Part shown: positions 1 through 14,394 of the stretch, in pieces
Position numbering within the stretch: position 1 is the first letter of the stretch
Layout of the letters: every line of letters starts with the position of its first letter
Source: Eledone cirrhosa
Lineage: Eukaryota
Length of the DNA: 64,000 bases
Reading direction: 5' to 3'
Assembly: GCA_964016885.1 (NCBI GenBank)
Contig: OZ024747.1
Coordinates: forward strand, 86,676,001 to 86,740,000
The notes under the pieces: generated by a model
Seen by the model: the letters and a program-made list of their open reading frames with translations, nothing else
Database searches by the model: none
What the model was told of the DNA's origin: nothing
Position numbers and translations under genes: made by a program

Positions 1-330
1 GTTATCATACCAGGAGGTTCAATTCATTTCATGAGATGCTTGAAAAGAATTATGAAAGTCAAGCAAGAAGACAGAATTTTAAACACAGAAGTGTTTGGGA
101 AAGCAGAATCAGAAAGTATTCACGCCATCTTCAAACGCTCTCAACTGAGATGGACAGGCCATGTGCCGCATCAAGACTAAGGAAGCGCTATAAGGACTTT
201 ATGAAAGAACTTTAAAAAGACTGCGAACTTCAGCATGATGTCTCTGAACTTGCAGTTCGGGGTAGATCCCTATGACAATCTCTTATTCGCTCCGGATTCA
301 ACAGCTATGAGCAACAGATAAGAAAATCGA
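1..330 (+). mobile_element. Degenerate RTE-clade LINE, 3' fragment
   Basis: Manual translation near 105-165 gives AESESIHAIFKRSQLRWTGHV, the LRWxGHV motif of the RTE ORF C-terminus. Confidence 0.7.
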
Positions 331-855
331 AAATCGAAAAGCTGCAACTTCAAACCCTCAATTTAAACATACGGCAGATTAATATTTGTAAAACTTAGAA
401 ACTTAAGCATAAAAAATTATTTTATTGATTGCTCAATATGTTAGGGGTTTCGTCACACTTCATGGATTACAGTCACTGGTGTAACCGTGAAATATTCTTT
501 TTTCCCTTACGTTGTCGTAAATGACCTAACTCATTTGCGAAACTGTTTCTGTTGAAAGCTTTGTTGTTGCGGATCCATTTGCTGCCTTTTTAATCACATT
601 TGGACAAGTGGAATCTGTATTATTTTCATTATTTTCAAAGCTATTATCGTCTAGTTGAGAACTAAGCTTTACATACTCGTGTAAATATTAACATTTTCTG
701 CCATATACTTATACTACTTCAGACGTAATTTATCACTGAACCTGTATTTATGTGCTGTGAAATAGCTGCTCGAAATACTGAAGCTGATGTGACTGACTAA
801 ATCAAGGCGCTGCCTCCGCATAGCCGCAGTTTAAGGATTGAAACCAACGAAATAA

Positions 856-1040
856 TAATTGTTTCTACTTTTGGCACAAGGCCAGCAATTATCCCAGTGT
901 ATTACTGGTACTTTATTTTATCGACCCCGTAAGGATGAAAGGCAAAGTTAACCTCAGCTGGATTTGAACTCAGTCCGTAAAGCGACGTAACTATGCTGCA
1001 AAGCATGGCGCCCGACCCTCTACCGATACTGCCAATCCAC
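856..1040 (-). mobile_element. tRNA-derived SINE (dominant family, Meta/MESC-like central domain)
   Basis: Reverse complement of the A-box GGCAGTATCGGTAGA, B-box GAGTTCAAATCC, core GTTAACTTTGCCTTTCATCC..GTCGATAAAATAAAGTACCAGT and tail GGCCTTGTGCCAAAAGTAGAAACAATT; many copies in the window. Confidence 0.85.
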
Positions 1041-1441
1041 ATAATACCAATAAATGAGAGAGTATTGAGGAAAGCAGAAAGATTAGAATAAAATCAGGAT
1101 GAATAATATAGAAAAATGCAGAAATATAAAGGCTACCCCGAAATAAGAAGAAATCTACATTCAATCGTGAAATATATGATAGTCAGAACCACTAAACGAA
1201 TCAGTAAATATTTAAATATTAATATTTTCATAATTATAAACACCATGTATGCCTGAGTAAAATGTGCTTTTGGAAATGGGAATAGTATATAAAAATGGTA
1301 AGAAGTGTGAGAATAAATAACAGCGTAGTGAATGCAAATAAATACACGGTGAATCGTGTTGGTTATAGAAGAATGCTACAGGAATCCTATGTTAAAGATT
1401 AGTAATATATGATAGTTGGAAATGTGTAATGTCGAAGATTC

Positions 1442-1580
<139 letters not shown>

Positions 1581-1781
1581 CTTTCTTTATCTAGTTATGG
1601 AGTCGGCTGCGCTCCGACAACTTTAAATGCCCCAGACATGCCATATATCTCAATGGTGTCGCCGATTACTTCATCACGATTTCGGTGGCTAAAGAATGGA
1701 ATGATTTAATATGTGTGATGGGGTCAAATATATCTTATCTTAAGTAGCTTTTAAATGATTCAGAAACGATGTGGAAACTGA

Positions 1782-1964
1782 TGGGTTGGCAGTATAGGTA
1801 GAAGGTCGGACGCCATTCTTTGCAGCAAAGAGTTACGGCCCTTTATGGTCTGAGTTCAAATCCCGCCGAGGTTAACTTTGCCTTTCATCCTTACGAGGTC
1901 GATAAAATAAAGTACCAGTAATGCACTGGGATAATTGCTGGCCTTGTGCCAAAAGTAGAAATAA
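1782..1964 (+). mobile_element. tRNA-derived SINE
   Basis: Full copy of the family seen at 856-1040. Confidence 0.85.
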
Positions 1965-3383
1965 ATTTGTGGTTCGCAGAATTTATTCGTTCTACGATAT
2001 ACTTAGTCTTCCCTTCAAAACTATTTTTGGAGAGAGCATCAGTTTTGAAAATCTGTAAAGATTACTCGAAAAGGTCAAAGGAAATGTTCTTAACAAAGCT
2101 TTTGATAACACGTTGTGTTCAATGGTAGGCAAGAAATGCAATTTAATGTTTCTGTGAGCTTTTGATACGCATAGTACGAAGAGTTAATTAGATTTAGCTG
2201 TGGTATAGAGAGTTAAAATCCATAAAGAAGGTGAGTAGATTTTTCTTTAGCTAATCTCTATGCTGTAGGCCGGGGTTAACAAGTAACAAGAGGTTATCGT
2301 CTTGATATAATCATCAATATTCTTCAAGTTGTTATATTTTAATTATGTTATGTAACAAGTATAAGCAGATATGATCACTAATTTCGGCCGAGTCCACGGA
2401 ACTCGTATTTCCATCAAGTAGAACTGTTTTTTAAGTAAATTGAATTGTCGTAGGTCACAGGAGATTTACGTGCATGTAAAACAATTCCAGCTTCCAGACC
2501 GGTATATGATTTTGTTATAAATCTAGCGAAGATATGTTGTTAAACATCCAAAGCCAATATATCAGCCAATATATCAGCTCAGTTATATACGCCGGATTGA
2601 ATGACCTACACATGAACACACCAACAACATTTCCCAGTTATGTACTATAAAGCTAATTTTGATAATAAAACATACCTTAGACTAATTAATCCCACGATCA
2701 CTTACATAGGAAAACACCAATAAACTTACAAGATAAGGTCGTTTCCTACTCTCATGAGGCATCATGTCTGTTAATATGGAAACATACATATGCATTCATA
2801 AAGTAGTTTAAATCACTTTCTAACATAAAAGATAGAAAATACTTGCAATGTTACATTGAATACCATTACCTCCACTTGCCTAAAACTTATAAATCTTCTC
2901 CAAACATTCTAACCACCACAGAATTTTTATCAGCGGCGTAATTAGTAACATTTGCAGATGCAAAACTATTGACTAATACACAGACCTTTACACCTTATTC
3001 ACAATATTACAGCGAATGCCATTCAGGAGGTGGGTTTGAACAGATGGTTAAATACATCGAAGAAACAATCAGATCAACCAACTATAAAGAAAGAAGAGAA
3101 ATCGGAAAAGAAATATATTAGGTGGCTCTTAAAGTAATGATTTTTGTTTTCCGACGTTTTGTCTAACTACTTAGAAACGTAAAGGTTTGTATCACGCTTT
3201 CCTTATCTTCAGAGTGATGTTAAGCTTCGCATCTTTTTAATCGATGTTAAATCACATTTGCTTTTGTGAGTATTTTCATATATTCCGGCTTAATGTTGTT
3301 TAAGAATTATTTTCAATACGATGTGTGTCAATATTCATTTTCCTACACATTTTCAGCATATTCTATTGCCATTATTTTTCATT

Positions 3384-3668
3384 TATAAAATAAAGTACCA
3401 GTAATACACTGCGTAATTGCTGGCCTTGTGCCAAAAGTAGAAACAATTATTTTTCATTTATATTTATTTATATATAGGGAGGTGGATTGGCAGTATCGGT
3501 AGAGGGTCGGACGCCATGCTTTGCAGCGTAGTGTTACGTCCCTTTGCGGTCTGAGTTCAAATCTTGCCCAGGTTAACTTTGCCTTTCATCCTTATGGGGT
3601 CGATAAAATAAAGTACCAGTAAGGTACTGGGTAATTGCTGGCCTTGTGCCAAAAAGTATAAACAATTA
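3384..3668 (+). mobile_element. Truncated plus full SINE copies
   Basis: Tail-only copy at 3384-3448 and full copy at 3477-3668; ATTATTTTTCATTTATA occurs three times around them (TSD-like). Confidence 0.8.
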
Positions 3669-3968
3669 TTTTTCATTTATATTCTCAAGAATGGAATTAA
3701 GTATATATTTTTTCTGATTTTATTTTTTTACATGTGTCATGAGATCACTTTAAGATGAGACATTCACAATATCTCTACGCGTTCTATAACACCAGGATGT
3801 ACTTTAAATAATTGGTTTGAACCTAAATATAAACATTAAAAAAAAGTAATTATCAATTCACTGAGACGATCAAAGAATGTCTGACGAAAGAGCAACAACA
3901 ATGAGGTTATCAAACTAATCGACTGGGAAATTATAATAATGAATTAAAGTGTACACACACACACACAC

Positions 3969-4511
<543 letters not shown>

Positions 4512-5517
4512 TATATAATTGGTTATGCACGAGTGCATTAATGTTTTCCAGGACACAGTGTTATGTACCGTGTAGTGGAATGTCAGCTTACAACAGAGTG
4601 GTGCTCAACGAAATGCAAAAAAAAAGTGTATATTCCAGTTTAGCTATATTCCGGGGCTTGTATAAAGAATTAAAAAGAACAGAAAGATGCAGTAAAAGAG
4701 ATTTATTCGGTTCTTACGTACGTTTCAATAGACATCAATTTGCCTAGATCTCGCTACATCTATAATATTATATATTTAGTAGAGCATTCGATATCCAATG
4801 CACAATTGATCCCATATCATCAGATATATTATATATATATATGTGTGTGTGTGTTTGTGTGTGTGCGTGTATATATATATATGTGCGTGCGTATGTATGT
4901 GTGTGTGTGTGTGCGTGCGTGTGTGTGCGTGTGTGTGCGTGTGTGCGCGTGTGTGTGTGGTGTGTGTGTGTGTGTTATGTGCATTTACGTGAGCTTTTAG
5001 AACATCGATGCATGTTTATACTTCGGATGTATATATCATCACTGTTTCTCACACATCATCTCACAAGGAATATTTACTGGAATATCTGATTAACGTTTGC
5101 ATGTGACAAAAATAATCGAATTATATTGTTTCAGAATTTGGATTGCAAATGAGAACATATTAGGTATATATTTTAGTTTATATTGAGGTCTAATTAAACC
5201 CAGATCTCGCAGAAGTATGTCTAAAAACATTCAAATTACGACAATCTCCCATATATATTTGGAATAATGGAACGCTGACAACATTTTCCTATGTGATTTT
5301 CCTTTTAAAAGATACAAAGATATATGGTTTAAAAGTATAAATAATTGCTGCAATTTCTTGCTTATTGATTGATCACATCGGGGATCCTTTGATGTTGTTT
5401 TTTTAATAGTATTAGAGCGGTGTGCAGTTTCTGAGAATCGAAACACGTTCAGATTTGGTACTACATTCAGTCTCTGGTCGTTTCTCATTATCTTTCCTTA
5501 TATTCAAGGCCAATGAT

Positions 5518-5653
5518 GCAGATATAACTGCTACAATGCAGATATAACTGCTACAATACAGATATAACTGCTACAAAGCAGATATAACTGCTACAATGCA
5601 GATATAACTGCTACAATGCAGATATAACTGCTAAAATGATACAGATATAACTG
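5518..5653. repeat. 20-bp minisatellite (GCAGATATAACTGCTACAAT) x about 7
   Basis: Direct observation. Confidence 0.95.
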
Positions 5654-6104
5654 AAGCTATCAAAGTACAGAATTCTTTCGTCTATTATTGTGGTGAATAA
5701 ACAGAGCACCGAAGACAGTTAACGAATATTACTTAGTCCGCCCGAAAAACACTGGTTTATGTACTCTTAATATCTTCACACCAGCTATGTCAATATAATA
5801 CATGCTGGAGAATACCGTATTATGTCGACGTAAAAATATATAAAATGTATCGACTAAATCAACAATTTTGAGCACATGAAAAAAAAAAAATTGATTCAAA
5901 GCACACAAATGAAAAACCCTTGAACAGAATAACATTCTAAACACGGTGTGACAGTTAACAAATTAGTACACCTCTCTTCAATTATCTCACGTGATGTCCA
6001 TACTGAAACCTGTAGTAGTATAATTAAATAGAAAATGTATATGTAGGTATGTATGTATGTATGTATGTATGTATGTATGTATGTATGTATGTATGTATGT
6101 ATGT

Positions 6105-6431
6105 ATGATGTTGACTTGATCTTCTTTTTGGTAAATATCATCTTGGTTAAGAGAGTGGGACTGGCTTTGTGCAGTGCCTTTGCTCACTATAAAAGCTTCA
6201 CGGCACAGGCATTGCTTTATAACTGGAAATCTCTCTGCACTTGTCGTCACATGGTACCATGAGCCCAGCACTATGTGTCAATAATTGTGTCAATAAAAGT
6301 GTAGTGTTTGTATCAGAGTTTTCAAGTCGCTGGCTGGACTAAAAAGTCACACTCGTTCAGCGCATCGGTAGGGGTTCTCCTACATGGATATAAAGTAGTG
6401 GCCGTACTCGAAAACGAGTTGGCAGCCACCA
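6105..6431 (+). mobile_element. Truncated copy of an ~600-bp non-coding retroposon family
   Basis: Reverse complement of 13089-13404; flanked by (ATGT)n and (GT)n. Confidence 0.75.
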
Positions 6432-6464
6432 TGAATGTATGTTTGCGCATGTGTGTGTATGTGT

Positions 6465-6545
<81 letters not shown>

Positions 6546-7094
6546 TTTGTGTGTTTTTATATGTGTGTGTGTGTCTGTGTGTGTGTGTGTTGGCAATCCT
6601 TTTAATTTTGACACTCAACAACCTTTCAATTCTCCGAAGTAATTGTGGAGCTGTTATAGTCTTGGCGAGTTCTCTTGCTTTTACTGATCGAATTGATTTG
6701 TTTTTTTAAATCGTACTTGTACTTGTTTTATGGAGATCTTGAAGTAATTACTTCGTTTAAATGGTAGTTCTTGGTTCACTTGAGGCAACATACCGGAAAA
6801 ATAATTGAAATTTCGATTCTGTGTAATTATTTTCAAGAAGAGCATATAAAACATATCTAAATAAAAGAAAGTTTCAAATGGATTTTAACATGAATCTTAC
6901 AACAAAGGTTCGTGTATGCTCAACTCAGTAGATGTGTGACACTAAGAAGAAATGAGAGAGCGAGTGCGGGATAAAGAGAGGGATTGGGGGAGAGAGAAGG
7001 AGTAAGGAAGAAGAAGAGAGCAGCGGTGGGTGTGGTTCCGAAATGTTTATTTATTCTGATGGCTTTGTGCAAAGCGGATGGTAAGAGTATGTTT

Positions 7095-7420
7095 GTGAAA
7101 GAGAGGGAGAGCAGGTAATATGTGATAGAGTTTCTCCATCCATGCCACATATTTTACATATATCACTTCCTGCTGTGTGATCTACTCTATGTTTGATGTA
7201 GTTAGTTCTTAGTACTTGTTCTTGAGCAGCACAGATTAAGGCTTCTGTTTCCGGCTTTAGATCAATTTTAGCCACCCATAACCACCTTTTTCTCTGTCTG
7301 TCCTATCTTCAATAACTCTATAGAATTGTTCACACATTCCTTTTTTCTGTCCATCTACTATCAGTTTCATCCATCTTCAAATGGTTGTACTGTGTTTTTT
7401 CTTTACATCCTTCTATTTTG
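7095..7420 (-). mobile_element. R4/Dong-type RLE LINE fragment
   Basis: DLKPETEALICAAQEQVLRT...CKICGMDGETLSHI: AAQEQ motif plus the CCHC finger that precedes the RLE domain. Confidence 0.85.
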
Positions 7421-7604
7421 AACAAACCTGACCTTCTTATGTGGGAGTGAATAAAATGAGATAGAAGTTAGATGCAGGTAAATAAGGAAACAAATAAATA
7501 AATAATGGAATTGTAGTAAAAGGGGTGGGGGTAAGTGAAATGTATACAGCATGATATAAAATATATTATATGTAAAACGTGGTATCAAGAATAAGACGTG
7601 AAAT

Positions 7605-8527
7605 TACAATATGAAGTAAAAATATAATATAATATAGTGTGGTGAAGTTATACTGTGATAATTGTGTTAGACATAAGTTTCAGACTAGAGGTACTAACAT
7701 AATTGTTTCTACTTTTGGCATAAGGCCAGCAATTACCCAGTGTATTACTGGTACTAGAGGTACTAACATAATGAAAGAAGAACCTATTGATTGCAATCAT
7801 TTTCATACAGAAAAGGGGAGAACATTTTGATAGGGGAGATAAATTAGGAAAAAATAAGGTGTTGAAATATTGTGAGATAATAATAATAGTACTGTTACTA
7901 TCACTACTGGTATTATTATTACCTTACATGGCGTTGGATTGGCAGTATCGGTAAAGGGTCGGACGCCATGCTTTGACGCAAAGAGTTACGGCCCTTTCCA
8001 TTCTGAGTTCAAATCCCACCGAGGTAAACTTTGCCTTTCATCCTTACGGGGTCGATAAAATAAAGTACCAGTAATACACTGGATAATTGATGGCCTTGTA
8101 CCAAAAGTAGAAACAATTATTATTACATTACAAAGGGCGATGAATTGACAGTATCGGTAGAGGGTTGGACGCCATGCTTTCTAGCATAGTTACGTCCCTT
8201 TACGGTCTGAGTTCAAATCCCGTCGAAGTTAACTTTGCCTTTCATCTTTACGAGGTCGATAAAATGAAGTACCAGTAATGTACTGGGTAATTGTTGGCCT
8301 TGTGCCAAAAGTAGAAACAATTATTATCTCACAATATTTCAGCATTTTATTTTTTCCGAATTTATCTCCCTATCAAAATGTTCTCCTCTTTTCTGTATGA
8401 AAATGATCACAATCAATATGTTCTGTTTTCATTGTGTTAGTACCTCTAGTCTGAAACTTGTGACTAACAAAATTATCACAGGATAACTTCGCCACACTAT
8501 ATTATATTACATTTTTATTTCATATCT
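7605..8527. repeat. Imperfect ~200-bp inverted duplication enclosing two tandem SINEs
   Basis: 7605-7880 (minus its insert) is the reverse complement of 8322-8527; SINEs at 7929-8118 and 8134-8322; a SINE tail in the left arm has a 20-bp TSD (7684-7703, 7753-7772). Confidence 0.85.
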
Positions 8528-8529
8528 TT

Positions 8530-9165
8530 ATTACACTTAGACTTCCACTATATGGCTCAGAATCATGGGTAACGTATAGCCACCACCTTTGTCTCATCAC
8601 GCGCGTCCACCAGTCTTGCCTCCGAACTATCCTCAACATCTACTGGTGAGACTTTGTCATCAATGTTGAAGTCCTTGAACGGGTGGAGGTCACCAGCAAC
8701 AAGGCCATGCTACTGAAGTCCCAACAACGCTGGACAGAGCACCTCTCCAGGATGAAGGATCATTGCCCGCCCTGTATCGCGCTGTATGGTGAACTCTCCA
8801 CAGGCCATCGCGAGAGGGGGCATCATCAAGGAAGCTATAAAAAAACATTTGAAAAAATCCCTTGGTGCTTGTCACATGGAACATCACCGGTGGTACACCC
8901 TAGCTGAGAACTGTGACGCCTGCCGTCTCAACATCAAACATGCTGTCTCCTCCTTCTAAAATACCCGCCGAGCCACCGCCAAGGATAGAAAGCACAGGGG
9001 GAAGAACCACAACACCAAGTTATTAAGCCCTGACCAGACCTTCAAGTACAGCCGCTGTGGCCGTGTCTGCCTGTCTCGCATAAGCCTGAACAGTCACTAA
9101 CGTGCCCACAATCAACGTAGACCTGCTCCTTGATAATTTTTGTTCGTGAAGCCAAGCCATGATAA
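8530..9165 (+). mobile_element. RTE-clade LINE 3' fragment
   Basis: YGSESW, QQRWTEHLSRM, ALYGEL and a decayed C-terminal zinc finger (RCGRVCLSRISLNSH). Confidence 0.85.
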
Positions 9166-10094
9166 TATTAAAACTACTGTTTTTGATTTCTAGTCATTAT
9201 GGTCTCTATATTCAAACGCATATACATATAACTATTTCCTCTTTCGTCAAGATTTTGGGATGCATGTAAATATCATTCTATTAACTTCCAAGCTTGTGTA
9301 ATTTCCAGTCAATTTCCTTTTTTCCTATTCAGTCAATATTACAGCACCGGAGTGAAGTATCATTTTCTGAAATCAAATACTTCCAGATACCATAACCTTA
9401 TAACCCGGTGGCAGCTATAAAGGTCAACCTTACAAATACGGCATGCGTAATTTGTGATAGCTTTAGGCGCAACGCTTTCTTAGAACAAAATGTGAAGAAG
9501 ACTTGCAGCAAACATACCACCATTGACCAAATAGATTTATTGGGCTACTTCCTAGTATCTATGGACGAATGTCAAGGTTAGTCTCTTCAAGTAGTTAAAC
9601 TATACATCGAAACAAACGTGTATCTTATTGCCAAGTATTTGTATAATATTTAACACAAGGTAGATGAAATGGAATGGATACTTCACCTTCTGATATCACA
9701 CCACCTGAAACTGATTCTATGTAACAAAGACGTTGGATTTAAAGTCTCTAAGAATTGAGTGGTGTGTTTGGCAAGCACACACAGGTGCAGCCCCTTGGCA
9801 CTACAGGTAGGGAAAAACTAACCAGCTCCCGAACGTACTGGTTAGGTTAACTATAAAGCAATATCAAATATCCAACAAAATATGTTGGATAACAAAGGAA
9901 TAACAACAAACGTACAAGAGTGATCTGTAATAGAGGTCTACAAACATACGAATACAATAATAATACAATCATTAAAAAGTAATCATTGTAGCTATCAATG
10001 ACATCATTACCAATGACATCAGCATCGTCAATCCTAATCAAATCTATCGTCGTCATTATCCTCGCTTCCTTATATCATTATTATCATCCTCATC

Positions 10095-10288
10095 AAGGGC
10101 GGTGAATTGGCAGTATCGGTAGAGGGTCTGACGCCATGCTTTGACGCATAGAGTTACGGCCCTTGCCATTCTGAGTTCAAATCCCGCCGAGGTTAACTTT
10201 GCCTTTCCTCCTTACGGGGTCGATAAAATAAAGTACCAGTAATGTACTGGGTAATTGCTGGCCTTGTGCCAAAAAGTAGAAACAATTA
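10095..10288 (+). mobile_element. tRNA-derived SINE
   Basis: Full copy with TCATCCTCATC TSD on both sides. Confidence 0.88.
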
Positions 10289-11229
10289 TTTCATCCTCAT
10301 CGTCTTCATCGCACGTCATCTTGTTCATTCATACTGAATCATCAGACCAGTTTAAATTCACATTTATCAATTACACCAATAAAGTTAATTGGATTTTCAA
10401 ACTGTCAATGGAAACATCACGCCTCTAATGAGCTGAGTAATTTAACTACAGGTAACAGTGGTTTCTGGTTATAGATGACACAATGCGAACTGACAAACAA
10501 CCATTTACAAAAATAACAAGAAATAGCATCAGACAAACTCAAACATGATACAGGCATAAACAAAATTTTACATAGAATCAGATTAAATTCTGCAAATATT
10601 TGTGTCCTACTCGTTGACGACTCCGGCAATTTGGCGTTTAGTATGGCCATCTTATTTCCCTATAACAGCGGAACCTAGACTCAACCTTCATAATAGATAC
10701 GCGAAAGGAAAATGACTTACCTTGTACTCTTATGAGCAAGGAAAACTATGGAAGTGGTGTTATTTCATTCTCACAGACATCTAAGTTATTCCAGCCACCG
10801 CAACGAAAGTTCTGTCGTCTGCTGTTGGTTCCAAGATATTTGATTCTTTATTTCAGCTGGAAATTAACAAGAAAAACTAAACAAAAAATATTAAAACTTC
10901 AAATTGTACAATGTCAAATGTGTTTCTGGTATAAATATTACTTTTTGAATATTTGAAACCGTTAAACTAATCATGAAACCAAAGCTAATGCAAAATGGCC
11001 ATTGACTAAAGTTCTCCAGGTTTTAATTAAAAGTATTCATCTGGCATGGAGATTTACATACACAAGGACGAAATAAGCAGTTTTAGGGTATATACTTCTC
11101 ATAGGGTCTCCTACAGCCATTCACAACATGATCAATGCCTAGTTAGAGGGTGATAGAAGCATTTTGGGGCATGTACTTCTCATAGTGACCCATACGGCAA
11201 GCTACCCTATAGTCAACACATATATCCAT

Positions 11230-11470
11230 ACTAAAGTAGACGAAACAGCCTGATTGTGAAATTAACGTGCGAGTAACTGAGAAATCCACAGACAGGTGCA
11301 GCCTTAACGTTACTATTTTGGAGATTTAGCATGATACAGGGTGTGAGAAAGCAGGTTAAACTGGGGCAACATGAAATAATGTCTTCCTCAAGAAAACAAC
11401 GCTTCGCTGGGAATCAAATTAACGAATTTACAATCGTGAGCCGAAACCCTATCCACTAACCCACTTGCCT
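11230..11470 (-). mobile_element. Degenerate second SINE family (CORE-like)
   Basis: Reverse-strand decayed tRNA head and a TCTTGAGGAAGACATT CORE-like block; related relics near 27240-27390 and 49830-50020. Confidence 0.45.
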
Positions 11471-11529
11471 TAGATTATATAATGCGGTTATCCTTGTGCC
11501 AAACATCTCTTATAAATAATGAGTTGCAT

Positions 11530-11770
11530 AGTCATTGGTGGTGTCCCACCAGTAAAGTGGAGGACAATTATAATAGTAGGAATTACCAAAGAAGAAAAAA
11601 AGCAATTTTTTAGAAAATCGAAGGGGATTATCAGTCATGTGCACCAGTGCAAAACTCTTTAATCGAGTGCTATTATTCAGACAAAGAACAAACATAGCAG
11701 AATTAATTCCAAGTCTTCATATCAGGCTTCAGGCCAAATAGAAGCATTACTGAACTATCATTAAGAAAAA
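11530..11770 (+). mobile_element. Degenerate RTE-like RT fragment
   Basis: Manual translation gives NRRGLSVMCTSAKLFNRVLLFR and GFRPNRSITE. Confidence 0.65.
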
Positions 11771-12632
11771 TATTCAGTCGTCTGGTAACGTTTAGGAATT
11801 TTCTGAAGAAAGCAAAGGTAATCAATTTTTCTATATAGTATCCAATTCATTTATTAATGTTGATATTTACTTGTACACCAACACCAATGTTTGTGATTTC
11901 ATTTCTTGGCAAACAAAAGAATGAACCTAAAACTCGGAAACCGCCACGAACGTTTACCGCTTTGAGTTCAATCTAAACAGTGTAGAGCTTTTGCTTCGAG
12001 AACAAACATAGTTATCAAGATATAACATATACTATATTTTAGAGATCCCCAGAAGGTGTAGTTTCTTAACCATTGTTGTGTTATTTTGTTTGCAGGTAGA
12101 ATTGTTTCAGGCGTTATATAATTTCCATTTTGTTTTAACGTTTTGTCGTTTTGAGGGTTATTTTTCAATTTTTCAGCGTAGTTTCAATTTAGTGTACCAA
12201 TAATTTAGGGTGAACGTTATTTATACCCTTGGGGGAGGGTTTGTTAAATGACAAAATATGGATACCTATGTCTATCAGCGGTATAACAGAATATGTTATC
12301 GGCGATAATGTTTTTTGTCTTCTACATATATCCTTTTTCATTTTGTTTTGTTACATTTATATTAAAAGGATTTTTGGTTCCTTTTCTTCTTTGTGATAGA
12401 TAGGATTCTAATAATGCTCATTCAATATCTATAACGTAAATACTATTTCACTTTTATATATATTGAATACGGTAGTTCTATCAAATAGTGTATTACATAC
12501 ATTAGAATGCCGGAAATTATTTTCTGATTAAGTTTCTAGATTTAGGATAGGATTGTGTGGTTCTCTACCAAAGAAGAAAGGATGCTGGTGTGATGCCAAT
12601 TTTCTTTATTCAGCAGGGAATATGATATAATA

Positions 12633-13057
12633 AACGTGGTTTGCCCCGAAAGTAAGGGTATTGATGTTTTATATAAATGTTTATTGTCGTACATGAAATT
12701 ACAAGTTATCACCTTCAAAATATGAACCTTGGGAAGACACACAGTGATCCCAACGTATTTACCATTGATCGTAGCAGTACCGGAATTCCTTTTCCGGCAG
12801 TATACTTAGCGCGTCGCTTACAAATTTTTGTTTGTTTCCCACAGTCCCAAAATGGTGGCCATAAAATTTCGATTTCAACTTAGGAAAGAAGTAGAAATCA
12901 CACAGAGCTAGATCTGGGTTGTAGGGTGAATGTGGCAGAGTGGGAATGTTTTTCTTTGCCAGAAATTCTTTAATTGAATGTGCTGTGTAAGCATACACGT
13001 TATCGTATCGTGGCGCTGGGCCCAATCTCCTGCAATGTCCTTTCGGACACGCTGGAT

Positions 13058-13058
<1 letters not shown>
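12633..13058 (-). mobile_element. mariner transposon relic (transposase C-terminus and 3' end)
   Basis: DN..YTAHSIKEFLAKKNIPTLPHSPYNPDLALCDFYFFPKLK matches the YSPDLAPxD mariner motif; GSYFEGDN downstream. Confidence 0.85.
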
Positions 13059-13088
<30 letters not shown>

Positions 13089-13091
<3 letters not shown>

Positions 13092-13691
13092 TGGCTGCCA
13101 ACTCGTTTTCGAGTACGGCCACTACTTTATATCCATGTAGGAGAACCCCTACCGATGCGCTGAACGAGTGTGACTTTTGAGTCCAGCCAGCGACTTGATA
13201 ACTCTGGTACAAACACTACACTTGTGACAATTATTGACACATAGTGCTGGGCCCATGGTACCATGTGACAAGTGCAGAGAGATCTCCAGATATAAAGCAA
13301 TGCCTGTGCCATGAAGCTTTTATAGTGAGCAAAGGCATTGCACAGAGCCAGTCCCACTCTCTTAACCAAGATGATATTTACCAAAAAGTAGAACAAGTCA
13401 ACATCATTGGATACCATCAGGGTTGCAGGTGTTATATCAGAGTTTTCCTTCTCCTAGAATTCTGCCTTGACAAAGGCTAAGGGGTCATCTCTCCCGGTGA
13501 TTTTGGATGGCCATTGACTCTTAAGAGCTCCTTTGCCCTTTGACAGGTTTTGTTTTTAGTCCTGCAGGATGTCCAAAGTCACCCTCCTCACCAAGAAACC
13601 TTGGTGGGGTTGCCAGTTTAGTCGCCAACGACCCGACCATGAAACAGGTTGTACTGGGATACATGTTACCAGTAGCACCAACTGGTGACCT

Positions 13692-13693
<2 letters not shown>
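13089..13693 (-). mobile_element. ~600-bp non-coding retroposon (RTE-5'UTR-like SINE or non-autonomous element)
   Basis: Three copies (6105, 13089, 44417) with no ORF; contains TAGCCTTTGTCAAGGCA..CTAGGAGAAGGAAAACTCTGA, which I recall from RTE 5' UTRs; (TA)n on both sides. Confidence 0.65.
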
Positions 13694-13733
<40 letters not shown>

Positions 13734-13842
13734 GTCCATGATCTCCAGCAGACAACTGATTATTAAAGAGAAATTATACCCCGCTCGTGCTTTCCTCTTA
13801 TTTATAAATACACTTTTTCCAGCAACGACACAGCCCCATTCC

Positions 13843-13976
<134 letters not shown>

Positions 13977-14068
13977 CATATACAATGAGTTATTTGTTGA
14001 CTATCTTCACTGAACTTATAACATGAAGTTCACATGAAGATATGTCACTATCTTTACACCAATTATTA

Positions 14069-14129
14069 TATTTTATCTGACGAAAGCGTACTGAAATATT
14101 AGTACCCTTGAAATACGTATAATAAAATA
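14069..14129 (+). ncRNA. Minimal type-I hammerhead ribozyme candidate
   Basis: tattttat-CTGACGA-aagcgtact..agtaccctt-GAAA-tacgta-TA-ataaaata: 8-bp stem I, intact core, palindromic stem III. Confidence 0.75.
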
Positions 14130-14166
14130 AATATGGTTTTATAAAGATATTGTCCATTTATTAATA

Positions 14167-14273
<107 letters not shown>

Positions 14274-14325
14274 GGAATGAGGCTGTGTTGTTGCTGGATA
14301 AAGTGTATTTATAAATAAGAGGAAA

Positions 14326-14394
<69 letters not shown>

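Noticed and set aside
1782-1870. tRNA genes
   Set aside because: The A/B boxes are SINE heads fused to the SINE body; no complete cloverleaf is evident
3145-3220. Minus-strand hammerhead (CTGAAGA..AAAACGTC)
   Set aside because: Core and stems are too degenerate to support
13605-13693. HDV-like ribozyme at the end of the 600-bp element
   Set aside because: P2-, P4- and CTAA-like parts are visible, but I could not build consistent P1, P3 and L3 elements
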